From the NCBI GenBank assembly GCA_044352305.1, contig JBILED010000001.1:1-62365 (forward strand): 62,365 nt of DNA. Reading direction: 5' to 3'. Source of the DNA: Gemmatimonas sp. (GTDB lineage Bacteria; Gemmatimonadota; Gemmatimonadetes; Gemmatimonadales; Gemmatimonadaceae). Below are positions 46,737 to 57,023 of this stretch, piece by piece (within the stretch, counting starts at the first letter, position 1; each line of letters opens with the position of its first letter). Below the pieces are notes generated by a model that ran no database searches, was not told the origin of the DNA, and was given only the letters and a program-made list of their open reading frames with translations. The translations under genes and the position numbers were made by a program.

Positions 46737-47957
46737 TTACGGCACTCGTCCGTACTTGCGCAGCGCCGCCAGCAACCGGTCGTGCGGCAGCGCGTACACG
46801 CGCAGGTCGTTGGCCCCGGTCATCGTGTCGGCGGCCAGCAGCGCATTGGTGATCGCCGCCTCGGTGGCCCAGGCCGTGGCCTGGAACAGCGGGGTCAGCC
46901 GGTCGTTGGGGAGCATCTGCACGTCGCGCACCGGCACGTCGTCGTGCCACGCCCGCGGGTTGGCGGTGGAGAAGGCGACGAAGATGTCGCCGGAGCTGTT
47001 CCCGCCAAACCCGCCCTGCCGGCCCAGCCCCACCGACACCCGGGTCGCGATGCGCTTGAGCTGATGCGGCAGGACGGGGGCGTCCGTGGCCACCACCACG
47101 ATGATCGAGCCGAGCTCCCGGTCCTCGTCCGGAGACCCCGACGCCGCAGACCCGCAGCGGCGACGCGATGACCCGGCCGGGAGCGGCCGGTCGTTCGCGA
47201 TGCACGCCACCAGGTCGGGGATTTCCTCGCCCACCGGCGCGCCGGCAATCCGCAGGTCGCGGCGCGTGCCGTAGTTGCACTGGACCAGCACCCCCACGGT
47301 GTAGCCCCCCTGCTCCGCCGTGAGCCGCCTGGAGGCCGTGCCGATGCCGCCCTTGAAGCCATGACAGATCATCCCCGTGCCCCCGCCCACCGCCCCCTCG
47401 CGCGGGAGGCCGCCGGAAGCCGAGTCGAGGGCGCTGAAGACGTGCGCCGGTGTCACGTGGAACCCATTGATGTCGTTCAGGGTCCCGTCATACGTCTCGG
47501 CCACCATCGGCAGCCACCACGGCTGCAGCACCTGCTGCTGCCGCACCTCCCAGCGGATGACGGCGTCCCGCACCACACCGACGCTGTGCGTGTTGGTGAT
47601 GGCCACCGGACCCTCCAGCAGGCCGCTCTCCTGCACCCACGTGGTGCCCGTCATCTCGCCATTGCCGTTCAGGGCGAACCAGGCGGCGAACACCGGGTCC
47701 GGATTGCCCTTGCCGCGCGGGTGCACCACCGTCACCCCGGTCCGCACCGGCCCCTGTCCCACCACCAGCGGGCCGCTGCCGGAGACCACCGTGGTGTGCC
47801 CCACTTCAACGCCCGCCACGTCGGTGATGGCATTGAGGGGACCGGGCACCCCGCCTATGGGAATGCCCAGGTCGTGCTCCCGGGGCTTGCGCGACTGCGC
47901 GGTGAGCGCCGATGGCAGTAGCACGGCGACAAACGCGGACAGCAGGACCTGCCTCAT
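46737..47957 (-). CDS. P1 family peptidase (DmpA / D-aminopeptidase)
   Basis: NAITDVAGVEVGH, NGNGEMTG, TNTHSVG, FKGGIGTASR, GSIIVVVATDAP, SGDIF. Confidence 0.93.
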   Translation of the reverse strand: MRQVLLSAFVAVLLPSALTAQSRKPREHDLGIPIGGVPGPLNAITDVAGVEVGHTTVVSGSGPLVVGQGPVRTGVTVVHPRGKGNPDPVFAAWFALNGNGEMTGTTWVQESGLLEGPVAITNTHSVGVVRDAVIRWEVRQQQVLQPWWLPMVAETYDGTLNDINGFHVTPAHVFSALDSASGGLPREGAVGGGTGMICHGFKGGIGTASRRLTAEQGGYTVGVLVQCNYGTRRDLRIAGAPVGEEIPDLVACIANDRPLPAGSSRRRCGSAASGSPDEDRELGSIIVVVATDAPVLPHQLKRIATRVSVGLGRQGGFGGNSSGDIFVAFSTANPRAWHDDVPVRDVQMLPNDRLTPLFQATAWATEAAITNALLAADTMTGANDLRVYALPHDRLLAALRKYGRVP

Positions 47958-48117
47958 GGTTTCCTCCCTGGATGGGCACCTGGTAAAACGGCTCCCGCAC
48001 ACGCCCCGCGCCCTATACCGCATACGCCATCCCGCACCGTCGCGGATCTGCACAGGCCGAGGCCACGCGCGTCGCGGGATCCACGTGGATCCCCTCGTAC
48101 GCCCCGTTCATGAAGTG

Positions 48118-48521
48118 TCACGGGGAGGTGACGTACCAGCGGGCCCCCATCCGCGCCCCGATGCGGTAGAAGTGCGCCCCGGACGCGGCGATGCTCACCC
48201 CCTTCGCAAAGAGCCCGTTCGGCCAGGGGAGGGATATGGGCGAGTGCAGGATGGTCGCCACATTCCCCCGCCGGTCGACGACGGTCACATGGTTGCTCCA
48301 CGGCGGGAGAAGCGCGCCCTGCGGCATGTAGATGCTGCGTCTCGTGGGGGACAGCCCGATGGTGTCGAGCTGCACGAGCATCTCGGCGTACAGGAACGGA
48401 AAGATCGGGAAGCCGTCCCGGGCGTACGCGATCGCCCGGCGGCGCGCACCTCGCGGGTGGTGGCCATGGCCAAGGCGCTGGCGCCCGCGGCGTGCAGGAA
48501 GTCTCGACGACTGGCGGGCAT
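48118..48521 (-). pseudogene. heavily deleted gamma-glutamyltransferase-like remnant
   Basis: TAT signal MPASRRDFL in one frame; in another frame AIAYARDGFP joined almost directly to SNHVTVVDRRGNVA. Confidence 0.6.
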
Positions 48522-48598
48522 GGGCGCGCTCCGGGGTGGGGACCGCGCAAACATACGGAACCCTTGGCGGACTGTCGAGCAAGGGGTGGGCCGCTGAC

Positions 48599-50953
48599 TC
48601 AGAACTTCAGGTTGAGGCCGAGCACCGGCAGCAACCCCGCCTGCTCGGTGAAGGCGAGCCGGTTCGACTTCGAGTTCCAGTCGAATCCCGCGACGTTCCG
48701 GCGGTTGGTCACGTTCTGGACGTCGAGGTACACGGCCAGCGTCCGCCCGCCGACGGCGACGCGACGCTCGGCACGGAGGTCCACGCGCAGGTAGTCGGCC
48801 GACCGGTCCTCGTTGAGCCGCGTCGCGTCGAGCACGAGGCGCCGCTGCGCCGTCGAGAGGTCGGTGCGCACGGGCGTCATCGGCCGCCCCGAGGCCCACG
48901 AGGCGCGGGTCGAGAGGTCCCAGCGCTCGCGGATGCGCCGGCCGGCGATGACCGTCGCCGAGAACGGCGCGTCGTACGCCCCTCGGCGCAGCACGCCGTC
49001 GAGCGCGGCCTGCCGCGAGCGCGTGGTGGAGAACGCCGCCTGCCAGTACGTCCCCTGCACCAGCTGGCGCTGCGCGAAGAGCTCGAGGCCGCGCACCCGA
49101 CCGACGCCGCGGCCCGTCAGCGGCACCAGCGCGCCGACGACGTCGTAGCTGTCGCCGGCGTTCGCGAGGGTGAACTGCGGCAGGTCGGTGGAGACCGGGT
49201 AGTCGGCGTAGCGCTTCTCGTAGGCCTCGAGCGTCACGCGCAGCGCGGGGGCCGGCGTCCACGCCAGGCCGACGACGGCGTGGTCGGCACGCATCGGCGG
49301 GAGCGCGCGGTTGGCGGGGATCGCGGCGACATAGACCAACGGCACCTGCTGGTGGTAGCGCCCCGCACCGCCGGTGAGCTCGAGCGACGGCGCGATGCGG
49401 ACCGCCGCGGCGACCCGCGGACCGACGCGAACCGCCTCGGACAGCCCAAAGCGGTCGGCCCGCACGCCAGCCGTCACCTGCGCCGGCCCCACCGCCCGGC
49501 TCAGCTGCACGTGCAGCCCATCGACGTCGCCGCGTGTGGTCGCGTCGCTGGCGAACGGATGCACGCGTCCCGACGCCGCGAGCGGCAGGAAGCTGCCGAA
49601 CGGGGCCTCCATGCGCGTCCGGGTCGCCAGCCGCCGTCGCACCGCCCCGGCATTGAGCTCCCCCAGCGCCGGGACCTGCAGAGTCAGGTCGTACCGCGCC
49701 GTGACCTCCGACTCGCGCGACCGGTTGAACCACGCCCGCGCGCCGCCGAGCCGCGCCTCGAGGACCTCCTCGCCATAGCCCAGCCCGGAGCGGCTCACGG
49801 TGAACCGGCCGCCGCCGCGCACGCCCAGGGGATGCTGCCAGCCAAGGCCCGCCATGTGGCGGTCCCCGCGCACGACCTCCGAGCCGGTCGGGTCGAGGTT
49901 CTCAAGGTCGGTGGCGAGGCTCTCGAAGTCGATGCCGTCCCGGCCGGCGATGGCCGAGAGCCAGACGCGATGACCGGCGCCGGGCTCCCACGACGCACGG
50001 AACTGGCCGTTGGTCGTGCGCGGCACGGCGGTGAGTCCGAACGGGCCGGCCAGCAGGCCGAAGTACCCTTCGCGCGCCGAGGCGATGACCGATGCACGCC
50101 GGCCGATCGGTCCCTCGACGATCAGCCCCACCCCGGCGAGGCTCATGTCGGCCTGGCTCCGCCAGCGCTCGCGATCGCCGTCCCGCTGCCGGAGATCGAG
50201 CACCGCCGACAGCCGGTTGCCGTACTGCGAGGGGAAGGCCCCCGCATGGAACGTGGCCTGCGCGAGCAACTCGTTGTGGAACATCCCGATCCCTCCGCCG
50301 GAGGTCCCCTGCGCGCCGAAGTGGTTGATGCCGGGCACCTCGAAGCCGTCGATCAGGAACAGGTTCTCGCTCGGCGCCCCGCCGCGGGCGATGATGTCGT
50401 TGCGCTGGTCGTTGCCGGCGGCCACGCCTGGCAGCGACTGCACGAGGCGGCTCACGTCGGCCAGCGCCCCCGGGGCGCGCCGCACGAGGTCGGCCGTCAG
50501 CGTGATCGTCGTGACGGGGGCATCGGGCGGAGGCGCGAGCGCGGCGGCGTCGCTGCCCACGCGGACCACCGCGAGGGTCGTCCCGAGTTGCTGGAGTTCG
50601 AAGCGCACCTGCGCCGGATACCCCGCGCTGACCGAGACGTCGGGCGCGAGCCCGGGCCGGTACCCGACGAGAACGGCCCGCACGCGGTGCGTCCCGGCGG
50701 GGACGCCGCGAAGCGTGAAGCCCCCGTTGGCGTCGGTGCGGGCCTCAAGGTCGGTATCGGCGATCGTGACGCGGACGTCCGCGATCGGCCGCTGCGTGAC
50801 GCGGTCGACGACGCGGCCGCTCACCATGCCGGTCCGCCGCGACTCGGCAACCGACGGCGGCTGGGTGGAGGGGTGCGCACCGGCCCGGTCCGCGACCCCT
50901 GGGAGGGCGGCGACAAGGAGGGCGAGTGCGTGAGCGCGGGCGAAGGGTCGCAT
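48599..50953 (-). CDS. TonB-dependent receptor with N-terminal carboxypeptidase-regulatory domain
   Basis: SLPGV..ND.RNDII.RGG.PSEN..LIDG; DLR...NVTNR.N; C-terminal F. Confidence 0.92.
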   Translation of the reverse strand: MRPFARAHALALLVAALPGVADRAGAHPSTQPPSVAESRRTGMVSGRVVDRVTQRPIADVRVTIADTDLEARTDANGGFTLRGVPAGTHRVRAVLVGYRPGLAPDVSVSAGYPAQVRFELQQLGTTLAVVRVGSDAAALAPPPDAPVTTITLTADLVRRAPGALADVSRLVQSLPGVAAGNDQRNDIIARGGAPSENLFLIDGFEVPGINHFGAQGTSGGGIGMFHNELLAQATFHAGAFPSQYGNRLSAVLDLRQRDGDRERWRSQADMSLAGVGLIVEGPIGRRASVIASAREGYFGLLAGPFGLTAVPRTTNGQFRASWEPGAGHRVWLSAIAGRDGIDFESLATDLENLDPTGSEVVRGDRHMAGLGWQHPLGVRGGGRFTVSRSGLGYGEEVLEARLGGARAWFNRSRESEVTARYDLTLQVPALGELNAGAVRRRLATRTRMEAPFGSFLPLAASGRVHPFASDATTRGDVDGLHVQLSRAVGPAQVTAGVRADRFGLSEAVRVGPRVAAAVRIAPSLELTGGAGRYHQQVPLVYVAAIPANRALPPMRADHAVVGLAWTPAPALRVTLEAYEKRYADYPVSTDLPQFTLANAGDSYDVVGALVPLTGRGVGRVRGLELFAQRQLVQGTYWQAAFSTTRSRQAALDGVLRRGAYDAPFSATVIAGRRIRERWDLSTRASWASGRPMTPVRTDLSTAQRRLVLDATRLNEDRSADYLRVDLRAERRVAVGGRTLAVYLDVQNVTNRRNVAGFDWNSKSNRLAFTEQAGLLPVLGLNLKF

Positions 50954-51022
50954 GACGTCGGGGTTGGGGGCGGCGCGTTCGCCCGACTCCCGGGTTGCGC
51001 GCCGCCCGACACCCGCAATATT

Positions 51023-51040
51023 TGTGAGCAATTGCTCGCA
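51023..51040. promoter_or_regulatory. probable TetR operator
   Basis: near-perfect palindrome TGTGAGCAATTGCTCGCA between divergent receptor and tetR genes. Confidence 0.7.
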
Positions 51041-51061
51041 TACTACTCGCGTTCTCCTGCC

Positions 51062-51769
51062 ATGCGCGGTCGCCGCAACTCACCCCCCATTCTCCCTCGG
51101 AAAGCCCCTCGCCAGGAGCGCTCGCGCGAGCTGGTGGAGTGGATCCTCGAGGCCGCGACTCGCATTCTTGCGGCGGATGGGCTCCCCGGGCTGACCACCA
51201 ACCGCGTCGCGGCGGTGGCCGGCATCAGCGTCGGGTCGCTGTACCAGTACTTCCCCAACAAGGATGCGATCGTCGTCGCGCTCATCGAGCGCACCCAGCG
51301 CGGCGTGGCCGAGGCGGTCGAGGCGGTCGCCACGCAGGTGCGCGACGCGCCGCTGCCCGAGGCGATATCGGCGTTCGTGGACCTCGCGCTGCACGCCCAG
51401 TACGACCGCAGCACCCTCGCCGTCGCGCTCGACCACGAGGAGCAGCGGCTCGCGCTGCGCACCGAGCTCGTGGCGGTGCACGGGCGCATCCGCCGGGCGG
51501 TGGCGGACACCATCCGGCCGTCCCTCTGCGGACTCGCCCCCGAGGCGGTGGACGAGGCGGCCGACGACCTCTTCCTCCTGGTCCAGTCCATGGTGGATCG
51601 CGCCGGGGCCACGGGCATCCCGCGCGAGCGCATCCGACCGCGCGTGCTCCGCGCCGCCCTCGGCTACCTCGACGCCTGTCGGGCGGAGGGGCGACGGCAT
51701 CCGGCTGGATCGGTCGGAGGCCGGCCCGCTGACCGGCGTCGCGATGGTGGGGCCCGTGGGCTGGGATGA
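51062..51769 (+). CDS. TetR/AcrR family regulator
   Basis: PRQERSR...ILEAA...TTNRVA..AGISVGSLYQYFPNK. Confidence 0.93.
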   Translation: MRGRRNSPPILPRKAPRQERSRELVEWILEAATRILAADGLPGLTTNRVAAVAGISVGSLYQYFPNKDAIVVALIERTQRGVAEAVEAVATQVRDAPLPEAISAFVDLALHAQYDRSTLAVALDHEEQRLALRTELVAVHGRIRRAVADTIRPSLCGLAPEAVDEAADDLFLLVQSMVDRAGATGIPRERIRPRVLRAALGYLDACRAEGRRHPAGSVGGRPADRRRDGGARGLG

Positions 51770-52222
51770 TGGAGAGGGTGCGGTGGCCGCCGGGCGGTCG
51801 GCCTCGCCGCAGGCGCCCGGGAAGATCAGGGACAGCGCGCCTCGCAGCGGCCACCCGCGCCCTCCACCGGCCGCCACACGAAACCGCTGATTCCTCATGC
51901 AACCCCTTCGTGCACGGACGCGAGGGCTCCTTGCAGCGCGTCCTTCCGCATGCGCGGGCATCGCTTGGGGACCGGGGAGTGGTGCGCATGCGCCTGACCC
52001 CGGAACGGATGGCCCCTGTTCCGTTGCGTGAGGGGTTGTCCCGACGTAACGTGCCGGGTGTCGGGCATGACGATGCCTCCCGCGGACGGGTGTGTCGGGA
52101 CGCGCGCTCACCCGGCGGTTGCCTCATCGAACTGCGCACGCCCATGGGCGGGTGAAGGCGCCGCCGCAGCTCACGAGCCGCTGATCGCTCCCCTTTGGAG
52201 CACGGAACCTGAGTGGAGGGGC

Positions 52223-52840
52223 ATGAAGGTGGCAACGACCAGTGTGGGGATCCTGCTCTTCGACGGCGTCGAAGTGCTCGACTTTGCCGGGCCGTACGAA
52301 GTGTTTTCCCGCACGCGCTTGACCCCTGGCGTCGAGTCGCGCCGCTCTGAGGAATCGGCGCCGTTTCGCGTCTTCACCGTCGCGGCCGCCACCGGTCCCG
52401 TCACGGCCACCGGCGGGCTCCGGGTGCTTCCCGACTTCGATGCCAGCGCGGCCCCGCCAATCGATGTGCTCGTCGTCCCAGGCGGCTTCGGCACTCGCGC
52501 GCTGCTGCAGGATGACGGGCTGCTCGCGTGGATCCGACAGGTCGCTGCGAGCGCCCGTCGCGTGACGTCGGTGTGCACCGGCGCCCTGCTGCTGGCCCGC
52601 GCCGGACTGCTCGCGGGACGACGCGCCACCACACACTGGGGCGCGCTGGCCCTCTTGGGGGAACTGGACCCGACGACTCGCGTGGAACCCCACCCACGCG
52701 TGGTCGATGACGGAATCGTCACCTCGGCGGGCGTATCGGCCGGAATCGACATGGCCTTGGCGATCGTGGAAGCGATGCACGGCCGTGCGGTTGCCGACGA
52801 GACCGCACGATACATGGACTACGTGCGGCAGGATCGGTAG
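52223..52840 (+). CDS. DJ-1/PfpI family protein (isonitrile hydratase-like)
   Basis: GGAGG RBS; VEVLDFAGP.EVF, VPGG, SVCTGA, ATTHW, TSAGVSAGID. Confidence 0.92.
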   Translation: MKVATTSVGILLFDGVEVLDFAGPYEVFSRTRLTPGVESRRSEESAPFRVFTVAAATGPVTATGGLRVLPDFDASAAPPIDVLVVPGGFGTRALLQDDGLLAWIRQVAASARRVTSVCTGALLLARAGLLAGRRATTHWGALALLGELDPTTRVEPHPRVVDDGIVTSAGVSAGIDMALAIVEAMHGRAVADETARYMDYVRQDR

Positions 52841-52960
52841 ACGGCCCCGCCATCATCGCCGGCCACGATCTCGCGCAGGGCGCCAGGATCGCGCGCACGC
52901 TGGATGCACCGGCGGACAGCTGACCTTCCTCGCGTGACCCCCACCCCACCAGGATCCCGC

Positions 52961-54172
52961 ATGCGCCATCCCGACGCCAGCTTCGCGCCAAGCGCCGGAC
53001 TGCACAGGGCCCTTGCGCTGCTGACCGCTCCCGGCGGCGAGGCCGTCGATCTCCCGCGGTCGCTCCCCGAGTCCGGGCTCGGCGAGATGTCCACCCTGGA
53101 GCTGCTCTCGGGGCACGTGCTCGGCCGCGCCGCTGCGCTCGGTGCGCCGACGTCCCTGGCGCTCATGGACCCGCCAACGCCGTGGATCACCTGGGCCATG
53201 GCGCTGTGGAACGCCCGCCTCAACCAGAACATGCTCCATGCGATGACCTCGCCGTTTGCCACGGAGGCGGAGGCCGTCGTCCTGTCCTGGCTCGCGCCCT
53301 CTTTCGGCATGCAGGGCGGGCACTTCTGCGCGGGCTCGTCGATCGCGAACCTGACGGGCATCTGGGCCGCACGGGATGCTGCCGGCGTGAAGCGGGTGGT
53401 GGCGTCCGAAGCGGCGCACCTGAGCGTCCGGAAGGCGTGTCACCTCCTCGGGCTCGAGCTCGTGGTGGTCCCCGCGGACGCGCAGGGGCGCCTGGATCGC
53501 GGGCACCTCCCGAACCTCGATGACGCGTGCCTTGTCCTCACCGCCGGGACCACGGCCACCGGTGCCGTCGACCTGTTGGAGCTGGCGGGCGCGGCGCGGT
53601 GGACGCACGTGGATGCCGCGTGGGCCGGTCCCCTCAGGCTGAGCCCGGCGCATGCCGCCATACTCGACGGGATCGAGGCGGCCGATTCGGTGGCGGTGTC
53701 CGCCCACAAGTGGCTCTTTCAGCCCAAGGACTCGGCGCTGGTGCTGTTCCGGCAGCTGGACACGGCGCATGCGGCAGTCAGCTTCGAGGCCGGCTACCTG
53801 GCCAGGCCCAACATCGGTGTCCAGGGCTCAAGGTCCGCTGCGGCCGTTCCCCTGCTGGCCACCCTCTTGGCGTGGGGACGGGAGGGCGTGGCGCAACGGC
53901 TGGATGCCCTCATGGGGGTGGCTGACGCCTTGGCCGAGGCGATCGCGAAGAGCGAGCACCTGCAGCCATGGGGCCCACCGCAAACCGGGATCAACGTGTT
54001 CCGCCCGGTGGGCTCGACGGCCGCAGCGTTCGTCCAGGCGGTGCCCGCCGGCATGTTCTCGACCTGCGTGCTGGGTGGCGAGACGTGGGTTCGTTCGGTG
54101 GCGGTCAACCCGTCGGTGGACGTCGACCTCGTGGTCGACTGCATGGTGGCGGCCGCCGGTAGAGGTGCCTGA
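52961..54172 (+). CDS. PLP-dependent decarboxylase (group II)
   Basis: GSSIANL, AHLSV.KA, GTT.TGAVD, HVDAAWAG, SAHKWL. Confidence 0.9.
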   Translation: MRHPDASFAPSAGLHRALALLTAPGGEAVDLPRSLPESGLGEMSTLELLSGHVLGRAAALGAPTSLALMDPPTPWITWAMALWNARLNQNMLHAMTSPFATEAEAVVLSWLAPSFGMQGGHFCAGSSIANLTGIWAARDAAGVKRVVASEAAHLSVRKACHLLGLELVVVPADAQGRLDRGHLPNLDDACLVLTAGTTATGAVDLLELAGAARWTHVDAAWAGPLRLSPAHAAILDGIEAADSVAVSAHKWLFQPKDSALVLFRQLDTAHAAVSFEAGYLARPNIGVQGSRSAAAVPLLATLLAWGREGVAQRLDALMGVADALAEAIAKSEHLQPWGPPQTGINVFRPVGSTAAAFVQAVPAGMFSTCVLGGETWVRSVAVNPSVDVDLVVDCMVAAAGRGA

Positions 54173-54254
54173 GCGCCGCGCGCAGCCGGACGGCGGCCAG
54201 CGCGACGATCAGGTGCCGCCGTTGGCCCACGGACCTTTGTTGGAGGGATGACGG

Positions 54255-54947
54255 ATGCGCGGAACGCGTGCGCGAGCGGTGCCAGTGAGGTCGGCGATGG
54301 CGATGGCCGCGCTTCTCACGGCCGCGGCGGGGTGCGGCGAGGCCAGTCGGGACGCCGCGCCAACCATCAGCGCCACGGACTCGGCGGCGACGGCCGTGGC
54401 GCCAGCTGTGTCGCCAACGCCGCCGCCTGATACCGCCCCGCCACTGGAGGCCGGGGTGTACGTGGCGCGCGGCATCTGTTTCGGCGAGGGGGACTGCTTC
54501 CGGCACTGGCGCGCCATCGATGCGGTGCCGCTGCACGCCCAGATCGACCCCGCCTCGCCCGTGGTGGCCACGGTGGCGCCGGGGCAGTGGGTGGAGCCCG
54601 TGGAAGGGCAATACCGCTTGCTCCCCCGGCGCGGCGTGGTGCAGCGCGCCACCGCGGCCGACTCCATCACCCCCGCGCTGGCGGTGGGCGACGTGGTGTA
54701 CATGCTGGAACCGCGGGGGGAGGGGACGTACCTCCTGTGGCACCGCGGGAACACCACCGTCCCGCCATGGGCGGAGCTGAGCGACGAGGAGCCGATCCGC
54801 TGGGGCCCGCCGCGCGAGGCGCCCCCCGGCGTGGTGCTGGGGTGGTGGGTGCGCCTCAGGACCGAGGCGGGGGCCACGGGGTGGGTGCGCCGCCCGCTGT
54901 TCGCCTGCATGGGCAAGCTGGGCGGGGACACGGGGTGCCGGGGTTGA
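54255..54947 (+). CDS. hypothetical lipoprotein (SH3-like)
   Basis: lipobox AAGC; C.GEG.C, GEG...W, WWV......G.TGWV. Confidence 0.7.
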   Translation: MRGTRARAVPVRSAMAMAALLTAAAGCGEASRDAAPTISATDSAATAVAPAVSPTPPPDTAPPLEAGVYVARGICFGEGDCFRHWRAIDAVPLHAQIDPASPVVATVAPGQWVEPVEGQYRLLPRRGVVQRATAADSITPALAVGDVVYMLEPRGEGTYLLWHRGNTTVPPWAELSDEEPIRWGPPREAPPGVVLGWWVRLRTEAGATGWVRRPLFACMGKLGGDTGCRG

Positions 54948-54986
54948 GCCCCGGCCGGTGCGGCGTGCTGGACGGCATTATTGCCG

Positions 54987-55014
54987 GACTAGGTAAACTA
55001 GACTAGGTTAGTCT
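54987..55014. promoter_or_regulatory. probable toxin-antitoxin operator
   Basis: GACTAGGT direct repeat (54987 and 55001) and imperfect palindrome AGACTAGGTTAGTCT just before the antitoxin ATG. Confidence 0.65.
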
Positions 55015-55015
55015 C

Positions 55016-55255
55016 ATGACTACCGTCAACATCCACGACGCCAAGACGCACCTGTCCCGCCTGCTCGCGCGCGTGGAGGCTGGCGAGACGGTGGTCATCG
55101 CGCGCGCCGGCACGCCGGTGGCGGCGCTGGGGCCGGTGGATGCGCCGGTGGCCGCACGCCGGCTGGGGTTCCTGGCGGGGGCCTTCCGCGTGCCCCGCGA
55201 CTTCGACCGCATGGGGCGCGAGGAGATCGCGGCGCTGTTCGGCACGGCCCCGTGA
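55016..55255 (+). CDS. Phd/YefM family antitoxin
   Basis: VNIHDAKTHLSRLLARVEAGE.VVIARAG.PVA. Confidence 0.93.
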   Translation: MTTVNIHDAKTHLSRLLARVEAGETVVIARAGTPVAALGPVDAPVAARRLGFLAGAFRVPRDFDRMGREEIAALFGTAP

Positions 55256-55638
55256 AGCTGCTGCTGGACACGCAGCTGCTCCTCTGGGCGGCGTCGGAGC
55301 CGGCGCGCCTCAAGGCGGCCACGCGTCGGCTGCTGGAGGATCCCCGCCACGAGCTGCTGTTCAGCGCCGCGAGCATCTGGGAGGTGTCCATCAAGGCGTC
55401 GCTGGGGCGGAGCGACTTCGACGCCGACCCGCGGGTGCTGCGCCGCGGGCTGCTGGACAACGGCTACGCCGAGCTCCCGGTCACCGGGGCCCATGCCGCG
55501 GCGGTGCTCGACCTGCCGCCGCACCACCGGGACCCCTTCGACCGGCTGCTGGTGGCGCAGGCGCAGGTGGAGGGGATCACCCTGCTCACCGCCGACGCGA
55601 CGGTGGCCCGCTACCCCGGGCCCATCCGCCGCGCCTGA
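55252..55638 (+). CDS. vapC: PIN-domain toxin
   Basis: LLLDT..LLW, SIWE..IK, HRDPFDRLLVAQA, LLTAD. Confidence 0.93.
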   Translation: MKLLLDTQLLLWAASEPARLKAATRRLLEDPRHELLFSAASIWEVSIKASLGRSDFDADPRVLRRGLLDNGYAELPVTGAHAAAVLDLPPHHRDPFDRLLVAQAQVEGITLLTADATVARYPGPIRRA

Positions 55639-55645
55639 GGGATCC

Positions 55646-57019
55646 CTACCGCGTCCGGATCCGCGCGCTGCACTTGATCTCCACCACCGCCGCGGGGCGC
55701 GGCATGGCGGTCACGCTCAGCGTGGCGCGCGCCGGCGGGTCCACCGGGAAGAACTTCACGTACTCCGCGTTCATCGCCGCATAGTCGGCAATGTCCTTGA
55801 GGAACACCGTGCACTCGGCCACGTCGGCCAGCGTGGCGCCGGCGGCCTCGAGGGCGGTGCGGATGTTCTCCATGGTCTGGCGCGTCTGCACCCCCGCGCC
55901 CCCCTCGATGATGTCCTGCGTGCCGGGCTTCATGCCGGTCATGCCGGAGACGAACACCCACTCGCCGTCGCGCACGGCCACGGAGTAGGCGGGGACCAGC
56001 GGGGCCAGCCCCGGCGGGCTGATGACCTGGCGGTCACTGGTGGCAGGCGTAGTGGCGGGCACGATGATGGGCTCGAACCAGGTGGGATAGAGGTAGCGGC
56101 TGCGGGGAGACGCCGCGCGCACCTCGGCCTCGAACTTCCGGCGGTCGGCCAGCGCGGCGGCGGGGGGACGCGGGTTGCCGTAGGCGTCGGCGTGCGACGG
56201 GATGACCAGCGCGGGGTGCCCCAGCGCGCGCAGCAGGCGGCCGGTGTAGTCGAAGATCTCCAGCCGCTGGCTGTTGGCGCCGATGAGCGCGACGTCGGGG
56301 CGCAGCCCCACCATCTCGCGCTCGATGTAGTTCATGGAGCCCATGGCCAGCACCTCGTGGCCGGCCATGCGCACCACGTACGCCAGGTTCCCCCCCTCCA
56401 CGTAGTCGATGCGCCGCAGCGGCGCCTTGAGGCCGCGCGGGGCGGTGCCGGCGATGCCGCGCCCGTTGTTGAAGTAGCGCTTGTCGTCCAGCGCGCTGTG
56501 GATGTTGGGGACCACGCGCAGCGAGAAGGTCTCGAAGTCGTAGTCCTCGCCCCCCAGCACGGTGATGAGCTGCTGCTCGGGGACGCCGTAGGCGCGCGCC
56601 AGGTTGGCGGCGGTCTCGTGCCCCACCACCACCGCGCCGGTGCGCCGCGCGATGTAGCCGGCGTCCAGCGCGTGGTCGGAGTGCCCGTGCGTGATGAGGA
56701 TGTAGTCGGCGCGCGACACGTGCGCGTTGATGAGCGCCGTGTCGGGGGCGTAGACCGCCTGCGGATCGGGCCCCTCGGGGACGGCCCCCGGCTTCCAGCG
56801 CGCGAACTGGGTGAGGAAGGGGTCCACCAGCACCACGGTCTTGCCGTCGGTGATCTCCCACCCCGCGTTGCCCAGATAGGTGAGCCGGAGCTCGCCGGGC
56901 TTGAGCGCGGGGGTGGCCACCTTGGCGGGCGGCGCGCCCTGCGCCGTGACCTGAGCCACGGGGGCAGCGAACGCCGCCAGCATCGCCAGCGTGCCCGCAG
57001 CGCGCAGGAACCGGGGCAT
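55646..57019 (-). CDS. MBL-fold metallo-hydrolase fused to a C-terminal RidA/YjgF domain
   Basis: THGHSDH..D; C-terminal YSVAV..G..VFVSG, QTRQ..ENI...L, V....VFL.D..DY..MN..Y...F...PPAR, VEI. Confidence 0.88.
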   Translation of the reverse strand: MPRFLRAAGTLAMLAAFAAPVAQVTAQGAPPAKVATPALKPGELRLTYLGNAGWEITDGKTVVLVDPFLTQFARWKPGAVPEGPDPQAVYAPDTALINAHVSRADYILITHGHSDHALDAGYIARRTGAVVVGHETAANLARAYGVPEQQLITVLGGEDYDFETFSLRVVPNIHSALDDKRYFNNGRGIAGTAPRGLKAPLRRIDYVEGGNLAYVVRMAGHEVLAMGSMNYIEREMVGLRPDVALIGANSQRLEIFDYTGRLLRALGHPALVIPSHADAYGNPRPPAAALADRRKFEAEVRAASPRSRYLYPTWFEPIIVPATTPATSDRQVISPPGLAPLVPAYSVAVRDGEWVFVSGMTGMKPGTQDIIEGGAGVQTRQTMENIRTALEAAGATLADVAECTVFLKDIADYAAMNAEYVKFFPVDPPARATLSVTAMPRPAAVVEIKCSARIRTR

Positions 57020-57023
57020 GCCC

